The notes under the pieces: model-generated
Told to the model about the DNA's origin: nothing
Database searches by the model: none
What the model saw: only the letters and a program-made list of their open reading frames with translations
In this document: in pieces, positions 62,594 to 64,000 of the stretch
Layout: every line of letters begins with the position of its first letter
Position numbering within the stretch: the first letter of the stretch is position 1
Source: Kofleriaceae bacterium
GTDB taxonomy: Bacteria; Myxococcota_A; Polyangia; Haliangiales; Haliangiaceae
Length of the DNA stretch: 64,000 nucleotides
Assembly (NCBI GenBank): GCA_046597055.1
Contig: JBKJLC010000297.1
Span: 1 to 64,000, forward strand
Direction of reading: 5' to 3'
Program-made: the position numbers and the translations under genes

Positions 62594-62646
62594 CGTCCTT
62601 CGTCGGCGCCGGTCGCTCCGCACCGGGCTGCGCTCAGGACGAACGG
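62594..62646 (+). repeat. REP-like repeat between murC and murB
   Basis: CGTCCTTCG...GCTGCGCTCAGGACGAACGG matches the family ends. Confidence 0.55.
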
Positions 62647-62719
62647 CAGGGCTCGAGGTCCTCGGCGGACCTGACCGACACGCGGTCCCGACCCCGCCGC
62701 CGATCCTGGGAGAGCGGTC

Positions 62720-63712
62720 GTGACCGTCGCGGACGACGTCCTGATCGGCGACGAGCCGGTCGAGGGCGACGGACCGGCGATCGCGAATCCGCGGTCGGTG
62801 CTCGGCGGCGAGGCGCGGGCGGCGTTGCTGGCGCTGGCCGGCGAGGACGTGCGGTTCGACGAGCCGATGCGGCGGCACACCACCGCGCGGATCGGGGGGC
62901 CGGCCGACGCGCTGGTGCGGCCCTCGACCCGCGAGCGGCTGGAAGCGCTGGTGCGCTGGTGCGCCGAGACCGCCGTGCCGGTGACGGTGATCGGCGGTGG
63001 GTCCAACCTGCTGGTGCAGGACGCCGGCGTGCGCGGGGTGGTGCTGGCGACCGGCCGGCTGCGGCGGATCGAGCTGGCGTCCGCCACCGCGATCGAGGTC
63101 GAGGCCGGGGTGTCGACCGGCAAGGTGCTGTCGCTCGCGATGAAGCACGACCTCGGCGGCGTCGAGTTCCTCGGCGGCGTGCCGGGGTCGGTCGGCGGCG
63201 GGCTGATCATGAACGCCGGCACCTATCTCGGCGAGTTCACCAGCGTGACCCGCTGGGTCGAGAGTGTCCGGCTTGCGGACGGTGCCCGGGTCCGCCGCGA
63301 CCACGCCGCGTGTGGCTTCCGCTACCGGGCCAGCGACCTGCCGGCGACCGAGATCGTGGTGGCGGCGCGGCTCGAGCTGCGGCCGCGGCCGCGGGCCGAG
63401 ATCGAGGCCGAGGTGAAGGCGCTGCGCCGGCGCCGGGCCGAGCGCGAGCCGACCAAGGTGTCGTCGAACGGCTCGACGTTCAAGAACCCGGCCGGCGGGT
63501 TCGCCGGTCGGCTGATCGAGGCGGCCGGGTGCAAGGGCTGGCGCGAGGGCGACGCGGTGTGCTCGCCGGTGCACGCCAACTGGCTGGTCAACGTCGGCGC
63601 GGCCACCTGTGCCGAGCTGCTGGCGCTGATCGAACGCGTACGCAGCCGCGTGCGCGAGGTCCACGGCGTCGAGCTGGAGCTCGAGGTCAAGGTCATCGGA
63701 GACGCGACATGA
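62720..63712 (+). CDS. murB: UDP-N-acetylenolpyruvoylglucosamine reductase
   Basis: HTTARIGGPAD, GGGSNLL, PGSVGG...MNAG, FRYRAS, GSTFKNP, HANWLVN, LELEV. Confidence 0.95.
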   Translation: MTVADDVLIGDEPVEGDGPAIANPRSVLGGEARAALLALAGEDVRFDEPMRRHTTARIGGPADALVRPSTRERLEALVRWCAETAVPVTVIGGGSNLLVQDAGVRGVVLATGRLRRIELASATAIEVEAGVSTGKVLSLAMKHDLGGVEFLGGVPGSVGGGLIMNAGTYLGEFTSVTRWVESVRLADGARVRRDHAACGFRYRASDLPATEIVVAARLELRPRPRAEIEAEVKALRRRRAEREPTKVSSNGSTFKNPAGGFAGRLIEAAGCKGWREGDAVCSPVHANWLVNVGAATCAELLALIERVRSRVREVHGVELELEVKVIGDAT

Positions 63713-64000
63713 TCGAACGATTTCGCGGCAAGCGCATCGCCGTCCTCCTGGGCGGTCTCTCGGCCGAGCGCGAGGTCGCGCTCAAGACCGGCGGCGGCGT
63801 GCTCGCCGCGCTGCAAGAGCTCGGCTACGACGCGATCGGGATCGACTGGAAGCTGGGCACCTCGCTGCCCCAGCTGCTCGCCGACGCCGGCGCCGCGGTG
63901 GTGTGGAACGCGCTGCACGGGACCTACGGCGAGGACGGCGCGGTCCAGGGCCTGTGCGCCTGCCTGGGCCTGCCGTGCACCGGCTCCGGCATCCTCGCCA
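63709..64000 (+). CDS. ddl: D-alanine--D-alanine ligase (5' part; runs off the window)
   Basis: Manual translation: MIERFRGKRIAVLLGGLSAEREVALKTG...NALHGTYGEDGAVQG...TGSG; ATGA overlap with murB. Confidence 0.93.
   Translation, partial: MIERFRGKRIAVLLGGLSAEREVALKTGGGVLAALQELGYDAIGIDWKLGTSLPQLLADAGAAVVWNALHGTYGEDGAVQGLCACLGLPCTGSGILA

Overview
A very GC-rich chromosomal window, most likely from a myxobacterium (Myxococcota), judged from a MYXO-CTERM/DUF4215 protease, a Ser/Thr kinase-PEGA pair and many lipoproteins. The first 30 kb is mixed housekeeping and accessory genes: a DUF4157 pseudogene, bcp, a URC-type uracil-catabolism trio, an S9 peptidase, bluB, metK, hisDC, NADAR, a molybdopterin oxidoreductase, arfB and a degenerate Fic. 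From 30.5 kb the dcw cluster runs rsmH-ftsL-ftsI-murE/murF(fused)-mraY-murD//ftsW//murG//murC-murB-ddl and is broken by three insertions. The murD-ftsW insertion holds an apparently complete retron locus. It consists of a WGR+helical-repeat gene, a SWIM Zn-finger gene with a TPR-like extension, a translationally coupled thioredoxin lipoprotein, an msr-msd ncRNA readable from the sequence (terminal inverted repeats, candidate branch G, long hairpin, own promoter) and a retron RT with an N-terminal extension. The other two insertions carry a sulfur-handling operon and a PPi-type PFK coupled to murG. Many genes have a TAnnnT box 6-8 nt before the start codon, suggesting leaderless mRNAs, and a REP-like repeat family is dispersed through the window. 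All product calls come from motif recognition by eye; no database searches were run. Several start codons were moved from the ORF-track positions.
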